Assembly: GCA_045598925.1 (NCBI GenBank)
Contig: JAZRVC010000009.1
Coordinates: 1-56,354 of the forward strand
Reading direction: 5' to 3'
From: Alphaproteobacteria bacterium
Lineage (GTDB): Bacteria; Pseudomonadota; Alphaproteobacteria; CAAHEQ01; UBA3637
DNA length: 56,354 nucleotides
This document shows positions 39,284 through 49,704 of the stretch, piece after piece; position 1 is the stretch's first letter, and every line of letters starts with the position of its first letter. The translations under genes were made by a program, and so were the position numbers. The notes below the pieces were generated by a model. The model saw nothing but the letters and a program-made list of their open reading frames with translations. It was not told where the DNA came from and did not search any database.

Positions 39284-40555
39284 TTACCCTTCTTTCTGAG
39301 AATCCACCCACAAGGCTTTCACTAAATCCAAAGCCCGATCCAATTGATAATCCGATTTGTCTTCCTTGGGTGTTTCTTCTTCAAACGGATTTTTGGCTTG
39401 GGGCATATGATCCAAATCCAAAGCCCCTTCTAAATTTTCCTCACTATAACCTGTTAGCACAGGATAAGCCTCTAACTTTCCCCGCGGAATTTGCACATCT
39501 GGTTCAATCCCCTTGGTTTGAATAGAATGTCCCGACGGCGTATAGTATCGCGCCGTGGTAATTTTAATAGAACCAATTCCAGGGATTTGACGAATATTTT
39601 GTACCGAGCCTTTTCCGAAAGATTTCAGTCCCGCAATCACAGCCCGCCGATGATCTTGCAAAGCCCCGGCCACAATTTCACTGGCACTGGCGGATCCTTC
39701 ATTGATCAGTACCACCAAAGGAAGTCCCTTTGTTTCATCCCCGTCTTTGGCCGAAAAACGTAAAGTGTCTTCCGGGTTTCTGGAACGGGTAGAAACAATT
39801 TCGCCTTGTGTTAAAAATAAATCAGCCACCGCAACCGCTTCTTCCAACAATCCCCCGGGATTATTTCTTAAATCCAACACAAAACCTTTGAGTTTTTCTA
39901 CCCCAATGTCTTTTGTGAGTTTTTGAATCGCTTCTTTTGTTTTTATGCCAGCGCCTTCACTGAACGTAGACACCCTGAGATAACCCATATCGCCTTTACG
40001 TTCAAACTTCACGGGTTGAACTTTAATCACTTCACGCGTTAAGGTGACCGTAAAAGGTTTTTTATTTTTTCTGTAAATACCCAATTTAATTTTTGTTTTG
40101 GGCTTACCTCGCATTTTTTTAACCGCCTCATTTAAACTCATCCCCACCACAGAAACACCGTCAATATGACTGATATAATCCCCGGCTTGCAAACCCGCTT
40201 TTGCCCCCGGAGTCCCATCAATCGGGGCAGTAATACGCACCAAATCTTTATCCGCAGCGACCTCTAATCCCAATCCCCCAAATTCACCGGTTGTTTGCGT
40301 TTGCATTTCTTCTGTTTCTTCTAAATCCAAAAAGCCCGAGTGCGGATCTAACGACGTTAAAACACCATTGATGGATTTTTCCACTAATTGCCGATAACTG
40401 ACAGGTTCTACAGAATCTTTTTGAATTTGTTCAAAAGTCGCCCCTAATAAATCCATCAACAAATAGGGGTCATCTGGTGCTTCGGTCGTTTCTTTGGCCA
40501 ACGACACAGAACTCGCACACACACTGGCCATCAACAAAATCAATAATTTTTTCAT
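39284..40555 (-). CDS. ctpA: Carboxyl-terminal processing protease (S41, CtpA)
   Basis: LDPHS, a PDZ domain (GEFGGLG), LDLRNNPGGLL, SASASEIVAGALQD and SFGKGSVQ. Start taken as ATG 40555. Confidence 0.93.
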   Translation of the reverse strand: MKKLLILLMASVCASSVSLAKETTEAPDDPYLLMDLLGATFEQIQKDSVEPVSYRQLVEKSINGVLTSLDPHSGFLDLEETEEMQTQTTGEFGGLGLEVAADKDLVRITAPIDGTPGAKAGLQAGDYISHIDGVSVVGMSLNEAVKKMRGKPKTKIKLGIYRKNKKPFTVTLTREVIKVQPVKFERKGDMGYLRVSTFSEGAGIKTKEAIQKLTKDIGVEKLKGFVLDLRNNPGGLLEEAVAVADLFLTQGEIVSTRSRNPEDTLRFSAKDGDETKGLPLVVLINEGSASASEIVAGALQDHRRAVIAGLKSFGKGSVQNIRQIPGIGSIKITTARYYTPSGHSIQTKGIEPDVQIPRGKLEAYPVLTGYSEENLEGALDLDHMPQAKNPFEEETPKEDKSDYQLDRALDLVKALWVDSQKEG

Positions 40556-41691
40556 AACAATCCCCCCTTCACAAACCAAGGTTCAGGATCAATCGCTTGC
40601 CCTTGATGACGCATTTCCAAATATAAATCCGTATAATTTTGTCCCATTTGACCAATGGGTTCACCCGCCAACAATTCTTGCCCCACCATGACATCAATCT
40701 GACTCATCCCTGCCAACACTGTCATATATCCGTTGCCATGATCTATAATCAACAACTGACCATAATTTTGGAAAGGCCCCGCAAACAAAACAACCCCATC
40801 AAAAGGCGCAATCAACCGCCCGTTCGGATGCGTTTTTAAAATCAAGCCTTTGGCATGGGCCCCCGATACACTGGCCGCCCCAAAATGTTGCGTCAATTTT
40901 CCCCCGGCCGGCCAAGAAAGATGCCCATGGGCCCGTTCAAAATTCCCCGTTCCAACAGGGCGAACCATTTGGCGCTGTTTTTGGGCCTGTTCTTTTTCTA
41001 ATTGTTGCAATAAGTCTTTTAAGTCTTGCGCTTTACTGGACAACAATTGCGCTTTCTTTTTAGCGGACAAATAATCGGATGTATAACGTTCTTGCATCTT
41101 CTTTTTTTCTTTAAGCAACTGATTCATTTTTTTATTTTGGGCTGTTAAATCCAAATGAACCCGTTGAATACGGACCACTTTATCCCCCAGTTGCTGACGC
41201 ACTTGAATCAATTTTTTTAAGTTCTCTAAGGTTTCTTGCTTGACCAAACCAATCATCGGTACACTATAACGCATCAACATCTTACTGCGCAACGTGTTGA
41301 CAGGCGTCTTTTTTTGCACCAACAACAATTCCGGCGGACGCAACGCCAAAGTTTGCAACCCCTTCATCACCCGATATAATTGCTTATCGGATAAATCTAA
41401 CTTTTCTTCCAAGATTTCTTCTTGTTGTTTGTATTCTTTTTTTTGTTGTTCCAACGCGGACAGTTCATTTTCTTTGCGTTGAATTTTTTGGGCTGTGGTA
41501 ATCAAATCCACCTGAACTTCTTTCACTTCGCGTGTCAAAGCCGCCACTTTTTGTTGAGATTCTTTTTGCACCCGTTGTTCTGCTTTTAATTGAGTTTCCA
41601 CTTTTTTCAAATCATCCAGCGTGGCCGTTGACACAGCCCCGACCCCGCCGGCCGCCATCAATAAAAAAGCAAAAACAACAAAGGCTTTCAT
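40552..41691 (-). CDS. envC: Murein hydrolase activator EnvC family (coiled coil plus degenerate M23)
   Basis: Long coiled coil, then APFDGVVLFAG, YGQLLIIDHG and LYLEMR...IDP. Lies between gpmI and ctpA. Confidence 0.85.
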   Translation of the reverse strand: MKAFVVFAFLLMAAGGVGAVSTATLDDLKKVETQLKAEQRVQKESQQKVAALTREVKEVQVDLITTAQKIQRKENELSALEQQKKEYKQQEEILEEKLDLSDKQLYRVMKGLQTLALRPPELLLVQKKTPVNTLRSKMLMRYSVPMIGLVKQETLENLKKLIQVRQQLGDKVVRIQRVHLDLTAQNKKMNQLLKEKKKMQERYTSDYLSAKKKAQLLSSKAQDLKDLLQQLEKEQAQKQRQMVRPVGTGNFERAHGHLSWPAGGKLTQHFGAASVSGAHAKGLILKTHPNGRLIAPFDGVVLFAGPFQNYGQLLIIDHGNGYMTVLAGMSQIDVMVGQELLAGEPIGQMGQNYTDLYLEMRHQGQAIDPEPWFVKGGLL

Positions 41692-41692
41692 C

Positions 41693-43222
41693 TTATTCCT
41701 TTTCTATTAAATTTGTTCCTGTCATTTCTTTGGGTTGAGGTAAATCTAACAGACTGAGTAAAGTCGGCGCCACATCCGCCAACCGTCCTTTTTTGAGTCC
41801 CTTGACCCCATGGGCATTATACAAGACCGCCTTGACCGGCGTATTGGTATGACTGGTTTTGGGCTTACCGTTTTCATCCACCATATCTTCGCAGTTGCCA
41901 TGATCGGCCACCACAAAAGCACACCCGTCTTTTTCTTTTAAGGCTGCTAACACACGCCCCAAACAGGCATCCACCGTTTCAACAGCTTTAATCGCTGCGG
42001 GAATAGAACCCGTATGTCCCACCATATCACCATTGGCATAGTTCACCACAATCACATCAAACTTGTCTTGATGAATAGCGTCCACCAACTTATTGGTGAC
42101 TTCCACGGCACTCATTTCAGGCTTTAAATCATAGGTTGCGACCTTGGGACTGGGCACTAAAATCCGTTCCTCATTTGGGAAAACTGATTCCAATCCGCCA
42201 TTAAAAAAGAACGTGACGTGCGCATATTTTTCTGTTTCCGCAATTCTGAGTTGTTTCAGGCCCGCATTGGCCACTTCTTCCCCAAAGATATGTTTTAATT
42301 CTTCGGGCGGGAACAATGTCTTCATCCATTGTTTATGTTCACTGGAATATTCGGTCATCATCACCGCATCCGAAAATTGCACCACACGAGAACGCGCACA
42401 TAAATTAAAGTCCGGTTGCAACAGCATCCGATTGATTTCACGCGCCCGATCGGAACGATAGTTCGCCATCATCACCGCATCCCCGTCTTTCATCCCTTGA
42501 TAATCGCCAATCACCGCCGGCACCATAAATTCATCAAAGACATTTTCCTGATAGGATTTTTCAATCGCTGCATCCGCCGTATCAAAACGATTTCCTTGGG
42601 CGTTCACGATTGCCTCATAAGCCAAAGATACCCGTTCCCAACGATTATCCCGATCCATACCGTAATAACGACCACCCAATGTACCGATTTTCACCAAAGG
42701 CATGTCATGAATTGATTCAACCAGTTCTTTCACAAAGCCACGGGCCGAAGCCGGCGGCGTATCCCGTCCGTCCAAAAAGCCGTGAATCACCACAGGAATA
42801 CCCGCTTGATTTAAAAGCCCCGCCAACGCCACAATATGACGTTGTTGGGCATGAACACCCCCTGGCCCTAACAATCCCATCAAATGACAAGTCCCCCCGT
42901 TGGCTTTCAATGTTTTTTCCAATTCCACCAACACTGGGTTTGTATCCAAGGTATGATTTTGAATCGCTTGATCAATACGGGGAAGATCCTGCATGACGAC
43001 ACGCCCTGCCCCCAAATTCGTGTGGCCCACCTCTGAGTTTCCCATCTGTCCGTCGGGCAGCCCCACCTCTAAACCGGATGTTTCCAACATCGTATGCGGA
43101 TAAGTTTCCACCAACTTGTGCCAAACGGGTGTTGCCCCCATTTCAATAGCATTATTTTCTTTTGTCGCGCGATAGCCCCATCCATCCAAAATACAGAGCA
43201 TAACTGGTTTTTGTCTTGTCAT
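41693..43222 (-). CDS. gpmI: 2,3-BPG-independent phosphoglycerate mutase
   Basis: ILDGWG, GQMGNSEVGH, DGRDTPP, AETEKYAHVTFFFNGG, NGDMVGHTG and ADHGN. Confidence 0.97.
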   Translation of the reverse strand: MTRQKPVMLCILDGWGYRATKENNAIEMGATPVWHKLVETYPHTMLETSGLEVGLPDGQMGNSEVGHTNLGAGRVVMQDLPRIDQAIQNHTLDTNPVLVELEKTLKANGGTCHLMGLLGPGGVHAQQRHIVALAGLLNQAGIPVVIHGFLDGRDTPPASARGFVKELVESIHDMPLVKIGTLGGRYYGMDRDNRWERVSLAYEAIVNAQGNRFDTADAAIEKSYQENVFDEFMVPAVIGDYQGMKDGDAVMMANYRSDRAREINRMLLQPDFNLCARSRVVQFSDAVMMTEYSSEHKQWMKTLFPPEELKHIFGEEVANAGLKQLRIAETEKYAHVTFFFNGGLESVFPNEERILVPSPKVATYDLKPEMSAVEVTNKLVDAIHQDKFDVIVVNYANGDMVGHTGSIPAAIKAVETVDACLGRVLAALKEKDGCAFVVADHGNCEDMVDENGKPKTSHTNTPVKAVLYNAHGVKGLKKGRLADVAPTLLSLLDLPQPKEMTGTNLIEKE

Positions 43223-43359
43223 TTTTATCCTTTCTTCTTTAAATAAGCGTATTATACTCAGAAAAAATCAAAAAGTGTAGTCTTTTTGAAAAAAAAGCGT
43301 GCTTTTTATAAAAAAAATGTGTATACATATCTTATAAAGCTCAAGACAAGGAGGATAAA

Positions 43360-44163
43360 ATGTCTTTATTTAGCAACTTATTTCAAAAGAAAATTACACC
43401 GGAACGCTTAAGAAAAGCCATGAAAAACGGCGAATTTGTTTTTTATTACCAACCGGAATTTGATTTAAAAACAGGTAAAGTGTTGGGGTTGGAAGCGTTG
43501 ATGAGATGGAATGATGCCCGTCGTGGAATCGTACCACCCAATGAATTTATTCCTGTCTTGGAAGAAAGCGGTTTGATTACAGAATTTACGGATATGTTGC
43601 TGAAACAAACACTGACGGATTTACATTTGATTCATGAAGCCGGCTATCGTGATTTACACTTGGCGGTCAATTTTTCCGTGGCTCAATTAAAAACCGCAGG
43701 CATTGTCCAAAAAATTCAGGATGCGTTGCAAGGCGCCCATATCAATCCCAGTTTCTTGGAATGTGAAATTACCGAAAGCCAAAATATTGATCGGGAAATG
43801 TTTGAATCCGATACTTTCAAAAAGTTGGAAGAATTAAATGTGGCGATTTCTTTGGATGATTTCGGTACAGGCTACGCGTCTTTTAATGCCCTGAAAAATC
43901 TGAATATCAAAAAATTAAAAATTGACATGGATTTTGTACAAGAATTGTTTAAGCACGATAAAAATCAAACGATTGTGGCTTCTATGATTCGCTTGGGTCA
44001 TGATTTGGGATTCCCCGTTTTGGCCGAAGGCATTGAAACAACCGAACAAAAGGAATGGTTAGAGAAAAACGGATGCGATTTGGGACAAGGTTATTGGTTT
44101 TCCCGTCCTCTGCCCTTAGACCAACTTTTGACTTTTTTACAAAAAAAAGCACCTAATCAATAA
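43360..44163 (+). CDS. Stand-alone EAL-domain c-di-GMP phosphodiesterase
   Basis: YYQP, EALMRW, VNFS, EITES, LDDFGTGY, LKID, AEGIE and QGY. AGGAGG RBS. Confidence 0.92.
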   Translation: MSLFSNLFQKKITPERLRKAMKNGEFVFYYQPEFDLKTGKVLGLEALMRWNDARRGIVPPNEFIPVLEESGLITEFTDMLLKQTLTDLHLIHEAGYRDLHLAVNFSVAQLKTAGIVQKIQDALQGAHINPSFLECEITESQNIDREMFESDTFKKLEELNVAISLDDFGTGYASFNALKNLNIKKLKIDMDFVQELFKHDKNQTIVASMIRLGHDLGFPVLAEGIETTEQKEWLEKNGCDLGQGYWFSRPLPLDQLLTFLQKKAPNQ

Positions 44164-44235
44164 AAAAAGTATTGCAAAAATTTTATTTTTGTTTTAGGAT
44201 GCAGTTGTTGTTGATATAACAAGAGGAGTATTATC

Positions 44236-44556
44236 ATGACACAAATAAACGAAAATATGATTCGTGAAGCCGCTTATTTCTTATGGGAAAAAGCCGGCCG
44301 TCCGGATGGTTCTGCGGAATTTTTCTGGATGAAAGCCTGCGAACAATTTTTTGCCCCAAAGAAAGTGGCGATTAAAAAGCCCTGCGCGAAAAAGCCTGCA
44401 GCCGCCAAAAAAACAGTGAAAAAACCGGCTCAACCTGCTAAAGTGGCCGTGAAAACTGTGGTGAAAAAACCTTGTGCTTGTGCGAAAAAAACTTGCGCTA
44501 AAAAAGCCTGTGCCAAGAAACCTTGCGCTAAAAAGGCTTGCAAGAAATCCAAATAA
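44236..44556 (+). CDS. DUF2934 domain plus Lys/Ala/Cys-rich histone H1-like tail
   Basis: IREAAYFLWEKAGRPDG...FWMKA is the DUF2934 pattern. The tail is built of KKPCA/KKTCA/KKACA repeats. GAGGAG RBS. Confidence 0.75.
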   Translation: MTQINENMIREAAYFLWEKAGRPDGSAEFFWMKACEQFFAPKKVAIKKPCAKKPAAAKKTVKKPAQPAKVAVKTVVKKPCACAKKTCAKKACAKKPCAKKACKKSK

Positions 44557-44697
44557 GTTCAAAAATTTAAAAGAACATATTCCCTTTAAATTGAAAGGGA
44601 TGTGTTTTTTTACATAAAATGATATAAATTTATCTTGACAAGTTCTTATAATCCAATTATGCTGAACTTATCATCTGAATGAAAGGGGAAACACAAA

Positions 44698-45243
44698 ATG
44701 AAACTTCAATTTTTAACATTACTGGCGGCGGGTTTACTGCTCTCTTGCGCCGGACACGCCGAAAATTATGCGGGGGCAGGTGTCGGGGCCAGTTGGAACG
44801 GCGGACATGCTGTCACCAACGGGCAAAAATACGATATGGAAACTTTTTCAACTCTGTGGTCTTTGTTTGCGGGGACAATTATTCCAACAGAATGGACCGA
44901 TATTCGGGTAGAAGGCGAATTTTTACGCATGGATGTGGAACCGGATTATGGACGCACCCGTCAATTTAAAGCCTTAATGGCCAATGCCACAGCCATTATT
45001 CCCGATACAGGATGGTTTGCTGAACCTTATGTGGGCTTTGGATTGGGCTATGCCCGCTGGGATCACAATAACACCATCGCCGGACAAATTATCGGCGGTG
45101 TAGAATATGATTTTGCGCAATGGCCCGTTGGGGCGGCGTTGGAATACCGCCACTTATGGGTAAATGAAAAAGGAGGCAAAGGCTATGATACCTCCCGCAT
45201 CAATTCGGATACATTGATGCTGAAGTTAAAATATTTCTTTTAA
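44698..45243 (+). CDS. Small outer-membrane beta-barrel protein (OmpA/OmpW-like)
   Basis: Signal peptide, IRVEGE, EPYVGFGLGY, LEYRH and C-terminal LKYFF. Confidence 0.8.
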   Translation: MKLQFLTLLAAGLLLSCAGHAENYAGAGVGASWNGGHAVTNGQKYDMETFSTLWSLFAGTIIPTEWTDIRVEGEFLRMDVEPDYGRTRQFKALMANATAIIPDTGWFAEPYVGFGLGYARWDHNNTIAGQIIGGVEYDFAQWPVGAALEYRHLWVNEKGGKGYDTSRINSDTLMLKLKYFF

Positions 45244-45348
45244 CAAAAATTTTGTTTTTGAAAGACAGGCCCCATCGCCTGTCTTTTTTTCTTGCCTTTT
45301 TTTTCCCAAGCGCCTAAAATTATCCCTAAAAGGGATAAAGGAGTTTGA

Positions 45349-46134
45349 ATGAAGACGATTTTCAAATTTATCAATACATTGGGTCGTGTGATGCTGAATT
45401 TTTTTGAATCCGCCGGGGATTTGATTTTATTCACGGGCCGGACATTAAAGGCTTGCGTGCATCCCCCGTTTTATGCACGAGAGTTTGCCCGACAACTGAT
45501 TGAAATCGGCTTTTACTCTTTGCCTGTGGTGGCTTTGACCACTTTGTTTTCGGGGATGGTGATTGCGATTCAAACCTATGAAGCCGTGTCTAAATTTTCG
45601 GCAGAAGGGGCTGTGTCTATGGTTGTATTGGTCGCCGTTACCAGAGAATTGGCGCCTGTGATGGCCGCCTTGATGGTGGCGGGTCGTATCGGGGCAGCCA
45701 TGGCGGCCGAAATCGGCACCATGCAAGTCACCGAACAAATTGATGCTTTAACCACCCTCAACACCAATCCGTTTAAATATTTAATTGCGCCACGCGTTTT
45801 ATCGGGAATTTTAATGATGCCCGTTTTGGTTTTAATCGGCGATATTTTGGGCGTTTGCGGGGGATACTTTGTGGGTGTCTATAAAATGGATTTTAATGCC
45901 ACCACTTACCTCATCAATACTTGGAACTACCTTAAGCCGATGGATATTATTTCGGGTTTGGTAAAAGCGGGCGTCTTTGGCTTTTTAATTGCGTTGATGG
46001 GATGCTATAATGGTTTTAATTCCAAAGGCGGTGCCCAAGGGGTGGGACAAGCCACCACAAATGCGGTTGTGTCCGCCAGTATCTTGATTTTAATTTTCAA
46101 CTATTTACTGACAGAAGCCTTTGTCAATCTGTGA
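45349..46134 (+). CDS. mlaE: MlaE-family ABC permease
   Basis: SLPVV, RELAPVMAALMVAGRIGAAMAAEIGTMQVTEQIDAL and GAQGVGQATT. Confidence 0.93.
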   Translation: MKTIFKFINTLGRVMLNFFESAGDLILFTGRTLKACVHPPFYAREFARQLIEIGFYSLPVVALTTLFSGMVIAIQTYEAVSKFSAEGAVSMVVLVAVTRELAPVMAALMVAGRIGAAMAAEIGTMQVTEQIDALTTLNTNPFKYLIAPRVLSGILMMPVLVLIGDILGVCGGYFVGVYKMDFNATTYLINTWNYLKPMDIISGLVKAGVFGFLIALMGCYNGFNSKGGAQGVGQATTNAVVSASILILIFNYLLTEAFVNL

Positions 46135-46140
46135 GGTCAA

Positions 46141-46872
46141 ATGAAAAAAGTACAAATTGAATTAAAAAACGTCCATAAATCCTTCGGGCATAAACGTGTC
46201 TTGGATGGGGTAGATTTAACAATTCATCAAGGCGAATCTGTGGTCATTATCGGGGGGTCCGGGACAGGAAAATCCGTTACATTAAAATGTATTTTAAATC
46301 TGTTAAAGCCCGATAAAGGCACAGTGAAATTTTACGGCAAACAAATCGGGATGTTGTTTCAGGGCGCCGCTTTATTTGACAGCCTATCCGTTTGGGAAAA
46401 TGTCGCTTTTGCCCTTTTACAACAAAAAAATATGACGCGGGAAAAAGCCAAAAAGATTGCTATCCAAAAGTTGGCCGAAGTGGGACTGAAACCCGATATC
46501 GCAGACGTGTATCCGGCGGATTTATCGGGTGGCATGAAAAAACGGGTAGGATTAGCCCGAGCCATTGCCATCAATCCGGATACCCTCTTTTTTGATGAAC
46601 CCACAACGGGATTGGATCCCATTATGTCGGATGTCATCAATGATTTAATTGTGCGTTCGGTGAAAAAATTGGGCGCGACCGCCCTCACCATCACCCACGA
46701 TATGCAAAGTGCCAAAAAAATCGCGGACAAAATTGCCATGCTGTATAACGGACGCATTATTTGGATGGGCACGGTGAAAGAATTAGAAACAACCTCTAAC
46801 CCTTATGTGCGTCAATTTGTGGCGGGCTCTGCCATTGGTCCTATTCAAATGGAAGTCAAGGCTCAAGAATGA
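46141..46872 (+). CDS. mlaF: MlaF-family ABC ATPase
   Basis: GGSGTGKS, LFQGAALFDSL, LSGGMKKRVGLARA and DEPTTGLDP. Confidence 0.93.
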   Translation: MKKVQIELKNVHKSFGHKRVLDGVDLTIHQGESVVIIGGSGTGKSVTLKCILNLLKPDKGTVKFYGKQIGMLFQGAALFDSLSVWENVAFALLQQKNMTREKAKKIAIQKLAEVGLKPDIADVYPADLSGGMKKRVGLARAIAINPDTLFFDEPTTGLDPIMSDVINDLIVRSVKKLGATALTITHDMQSAKKIADKIAMLYNGRIIWMGTVKELETTSNPYVRQFVAGSAIGPIQMEVKAQE

Positions 46873-48260
46873 AAAAAACAACCCAATTTGTGTGTCAAAA
46901 TTGCGGCACCATTTATCCCAGATGGGCAGGACAATGCTCGGCCTGCGGCCAATGGAATACAATTCAAGAAGAAGCTATTGCCACAGCCGATAGTCCCACC
47001 GCTACCGGCGGACAAAACGGTCATCAGATTAAATTTGAAAACCTGCAAGGGGCACCTGAAATTTTGTTTCGTTTAAAATCTAACATTTTGGAATTGGATC
47101 GTGTATGTGGGGGTGGCCTTGTTCCCGGTTCTGTGATTTTGGTGGGGGGCGACCCGGGGATTGGAAAATCTACCTTACTTTTACAGGCGGTCGCGCAACT
47201 GGCCAAAGGGGTAAATAAAGCAGGAAAAGCCACCCGTTGCACCTATATTTCGGGCGAAGAATCCATTGACCAAGTACGCCTGCGCGCCATGCGATTGGGG
47301 TTAGCCAATGCCCCTGTGGATTTGGCCAGTGAAACCCACGTGCGTGATATTGTGGCCAGTCTGGATACCCCTGATGCCCCTGATATTGTTGTGATTGATT
47401 CCATTCAAACCATGTATAATGACGCGGTGGAATCGGCCCCGGGGACTGTGGGACAAGTCAGGGCATGCGGCCATGAACTGATTCGTTTGGCCAAAAAGCG
47501 TCAATTTGTCTTATTCTTGGTGGGGCATGTAACCAAAGAAGGAACGCTGGCCGGCCCGCGTGTGTTGGAACATATGGTTGATACCGTTCTTTATTTTGAA
47601 GGCGATAGAGGACATCACTTCCGTATTTTAAGGTCGGTTAAAAATCGTTTTGGCGCCACGGATGAAATCGGTGTTTTTGAAATGACAGAAAAAGGCTTAA
47701 GTGAAGTTCCCAATCCGTCGGCCCTCTTTTTGGCCGACAGACAAGGCAACGTGTCGGGCAGTTGTGTGTTTGCAGGCATTGAAGGCACTCGTCCCATGTT
47801 GGTGGAAATTCAAGCCCTGGTTGCCCCGATGACAGGTACAAATCCCCGTCGGGCTGTCGTGGGGTGGGATAGTAATCGGTTGAATATGCTATTGGCGGTT
47901 TTAGAGGCGCGCTGTGGCGTTTCTATGGCCAATAAAGACATTTTTTTAAATGTGGCGGGAGGAATGCGCCTCAACGAACCTGCGGTGGATTTGGCGGCCG
48001 TTATGGCTATTCTTTCTTCGGCCTTTAATCATCCCCTGCCCGCGGATATGGTCTTTTTCGGAGAAATCGGCTTATCAGGGGAAGTCCGCAATGTACCCCA
48101 ATCTGATTTACGTTTAAAAGAAGCGGGGAAACTGGGCTTTACCAAAGCGCTTGTTCCCCCGAATAAAAATAAAAAAAGTTCGTTTAAAACAACAGAAATC
48201 GGAAATTTAAAAACACTTTTAACTTTCTTTAATAAAGGAGACACTCATGGGAATGATTGA
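46869..48260 (+). CDS. radA: DNA repair protein RadA/Sms
   Basis: C4 zinc finger, GGDPGIGKST, DSIQT and KNRFG. Confidence 0.97.
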   Translation: MKKTTQFVCQNCGTIYPRWAGQCSACGQWNTIQEEAIATADSPTATGGQNGHQIKFENLQGAPEILFRLKSNILELDRVCGGGLVPGSVILVGGDPGIGKSTLLLQAVAQLAKGVNKAGKATRCTYISGEESIDQVRLRAMRLGLANAPVDLASETHVRDIVASLDTPDAPDIVVIDSIQTMYNDAVESAPGTVGQVRACGHELIRLAKKRQFVLFLVGHVTKEGTLAGPRVLEHMVDTVLYFEGDRGHHFRILRSVKNRFGATDEIGVFEMTEKGLSEVPNPSALFLADRQGNVSGSCVFAGIEGTRPMLVEIQALVAPMTGTNPRRAVVGWDSNRLNMLLAVLEARCGVSMANKDIFLNVAGGMRLNEPAVDLAAVMAILSSAFNHPLPADMVFFGEIGLSGEVRNVPQSDLRLKEAGKLGFTKALVPPNKNKKSSFKTTEIGNLKTLLTFFNKGDTHGND

Positions 48261-48840
48261 TTTATTCGTTTTAATCACAATGTTGGTATCCGTCTTGTTT
48301 GCCCTGTATCGGGGATTGTTGCGTGAATTGTTGGGGATTACCAGTTGGATTTTGGCCGGTATCGCCGCCCTGTACAGTTATCAACCGCTGTTTTCTTTTT
48401 TATCAGACAAAGTGGAACGGGTGAATTTATGGAGCCTGTCTTTGTCCGGATCGGCCGCTTTGATTATTTTGGTGATAATGACTGTTTTTAATGCCCGTAT
48501 TACCAAAAAATTACGCAAAAGTTCCCTGTCAGGGTTAGATCGCATTTTGGGCACCGCCTTCGGGATTGCACGGGCGGTGTTATTGATTGTCTTGGTCTGG
48601 CTCTTCACCGCTCAAATGGCCTTTACGCAAAAGCAAATTACCCAAATGGAACAAGAAAACGTGTCTGTCAAATATATTCAAATGCTGGCCACTCAAGTGG
48701 AACAAACTCTGCCCGCCCATTTACAGGAAGAAATCAAAAAACCCGAACCTAAAAAACTCCCTATTGTGGAATACAAAGAAGAAGATCGGGAGGCTTTGGA
48801 CGAAATGATGGAAGATATTGTTGAAATTGAGGAGTTATAA
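48247..48840 (+). CDS. cvpA: CvpA family membrane protein
   Basis: RGLLRELL...W and LDRILGTAFGIAR. Follows radA. Confidence 0.88.
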   Translation: MGMIDLFVLITMLVSVLFALYRGLLRELLGITSWILAGIAALYSYQPLFSFLSDKVERVNLWSLSLSGSAALIILVIMTVFNARITKKLRKSSLSGLDRILGTAFGIARAVLLIVLVWLFTAQMAFTQKQITQMEQENVSVKYIQMLATQVEQTLPAHLQEEIKKPEPKKLPIVEYKEEDREALDEMMEDIVEIEEL

Positions 48841-48841
48841 A

Positions 48842-49252
48842 ATGAAAAAAATCACCCCACAAATTTTAGTTGAAATGGCCCAAGATTTAATTGAGGCCAG
48901 ATATGAAAAAGGAAATCATCACTCGGTGGTAGCGGCCGCGATTTTAACCAAGTCAGGCCGTGTCTATCTGGGACTCAATGCCGGTACAACTCAACCGTCT
49001 ATCGCCACTTGTGCCGAAATTATCGCCATCGGTTCGGCCAACACCGCTGAAAAGAAAATGGAGATTGAAATGATTGTTGCGGTACGTGATAAGCCCAGTT
49101 ATGTTATTTCCCCTTGCGGTAAATGTCGGGAATATATTGCGGATTATGGTCCCAAAGCCACAGTCATTATTCCTGCCAAAAATAAGCGCGGTTGGACCAC
49201 AGCCAGTATTAAAACACTTTTACCTTGCAAATATGAAAAGAAAACAAAATGA
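48842..49252 (+). CDS. Cytidine deaminase, small tetrameric or blasticidin-S-deaminase-like type
   Basis: VAAAILTKSG.VY.G.N, CAE and SPCGKCRE. GAGGAG RBS before ATG 48842. Confidence 0.8.
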   Translation: MKKITPQILVEMAQDLIEARYEKGNHHSVVAAAILTKSGRVYLGLNAGTTQPSIATCAEIIAIGSANTAEKKMEIEMIVAVRDKPSYVISPCGKCREYIADYGPKATVIIPAKNKRGWTTASIKTLLPCKYEKKTK

Positions 49253-49704
49253 TTCAAATTCGTGCAATTGGTAAATTAAAAACAAATACACCTGAATCTG
49301 AACTGATTGCGGATTATTTAAAAATGATTCGCGAAAAAGTGGAAGTCAAAGAGTTTGTTGAAAAAAAACCCTTGAATGAGTCAGAACTCAAAAATGCCGA
49401 AGCCAAACTGTTGTTAAATAATATTAAAGACAGCGATTTTGTGGTGGCTTTGGATGAACATGGGCAACCCCTGTCTTCACGGGAATTTGCCGCCACCTTA
49501 AAAAAAGCCAAAGACAAAGCCCAAGACATTATTTTAATGATTGGGGGTGCCAACGGGCACGGAAAGGCCGTTTTACAACGCGCAAACCTCACGCTTTCCT
49601 TCGGACGTATGACCCTGCCCCATTTTTTAATGCGTGTGGTGTTGGCGGAACAACTCTATCGCGCTAAAACCATCTGGGACGGCCACCCGTATCATCGGGA
49701 TTAA
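49249..49704 (+). CDS. rlmH: 23S rRNA pseudouridine-1915 N3-methyltransferase
   Basis: LDEHG..LSSREFA, IGGANG, LSFGRMTLPH, EQLYRA and HPYHRD. Confidence 0.95.
   Translation: MIQIRAIGKLKTNTPESELIADYLKMIREKVEVKEFVEKKPLNESELKNAEAKLLLNNIKDSDFVVALDEHGQPLSSREFAATLKKAKDKAQDIILMIGGANGHGKAVLQRANLTLSFGRMTLPHFLMRVVLAEQLYRAKTIWDGHPYHRD

Noticed and set aside
44281-44562. Phe-rich antisense ORF
   Set aside because: It is a mirror of the Lys-rich repeats on the plus strand.
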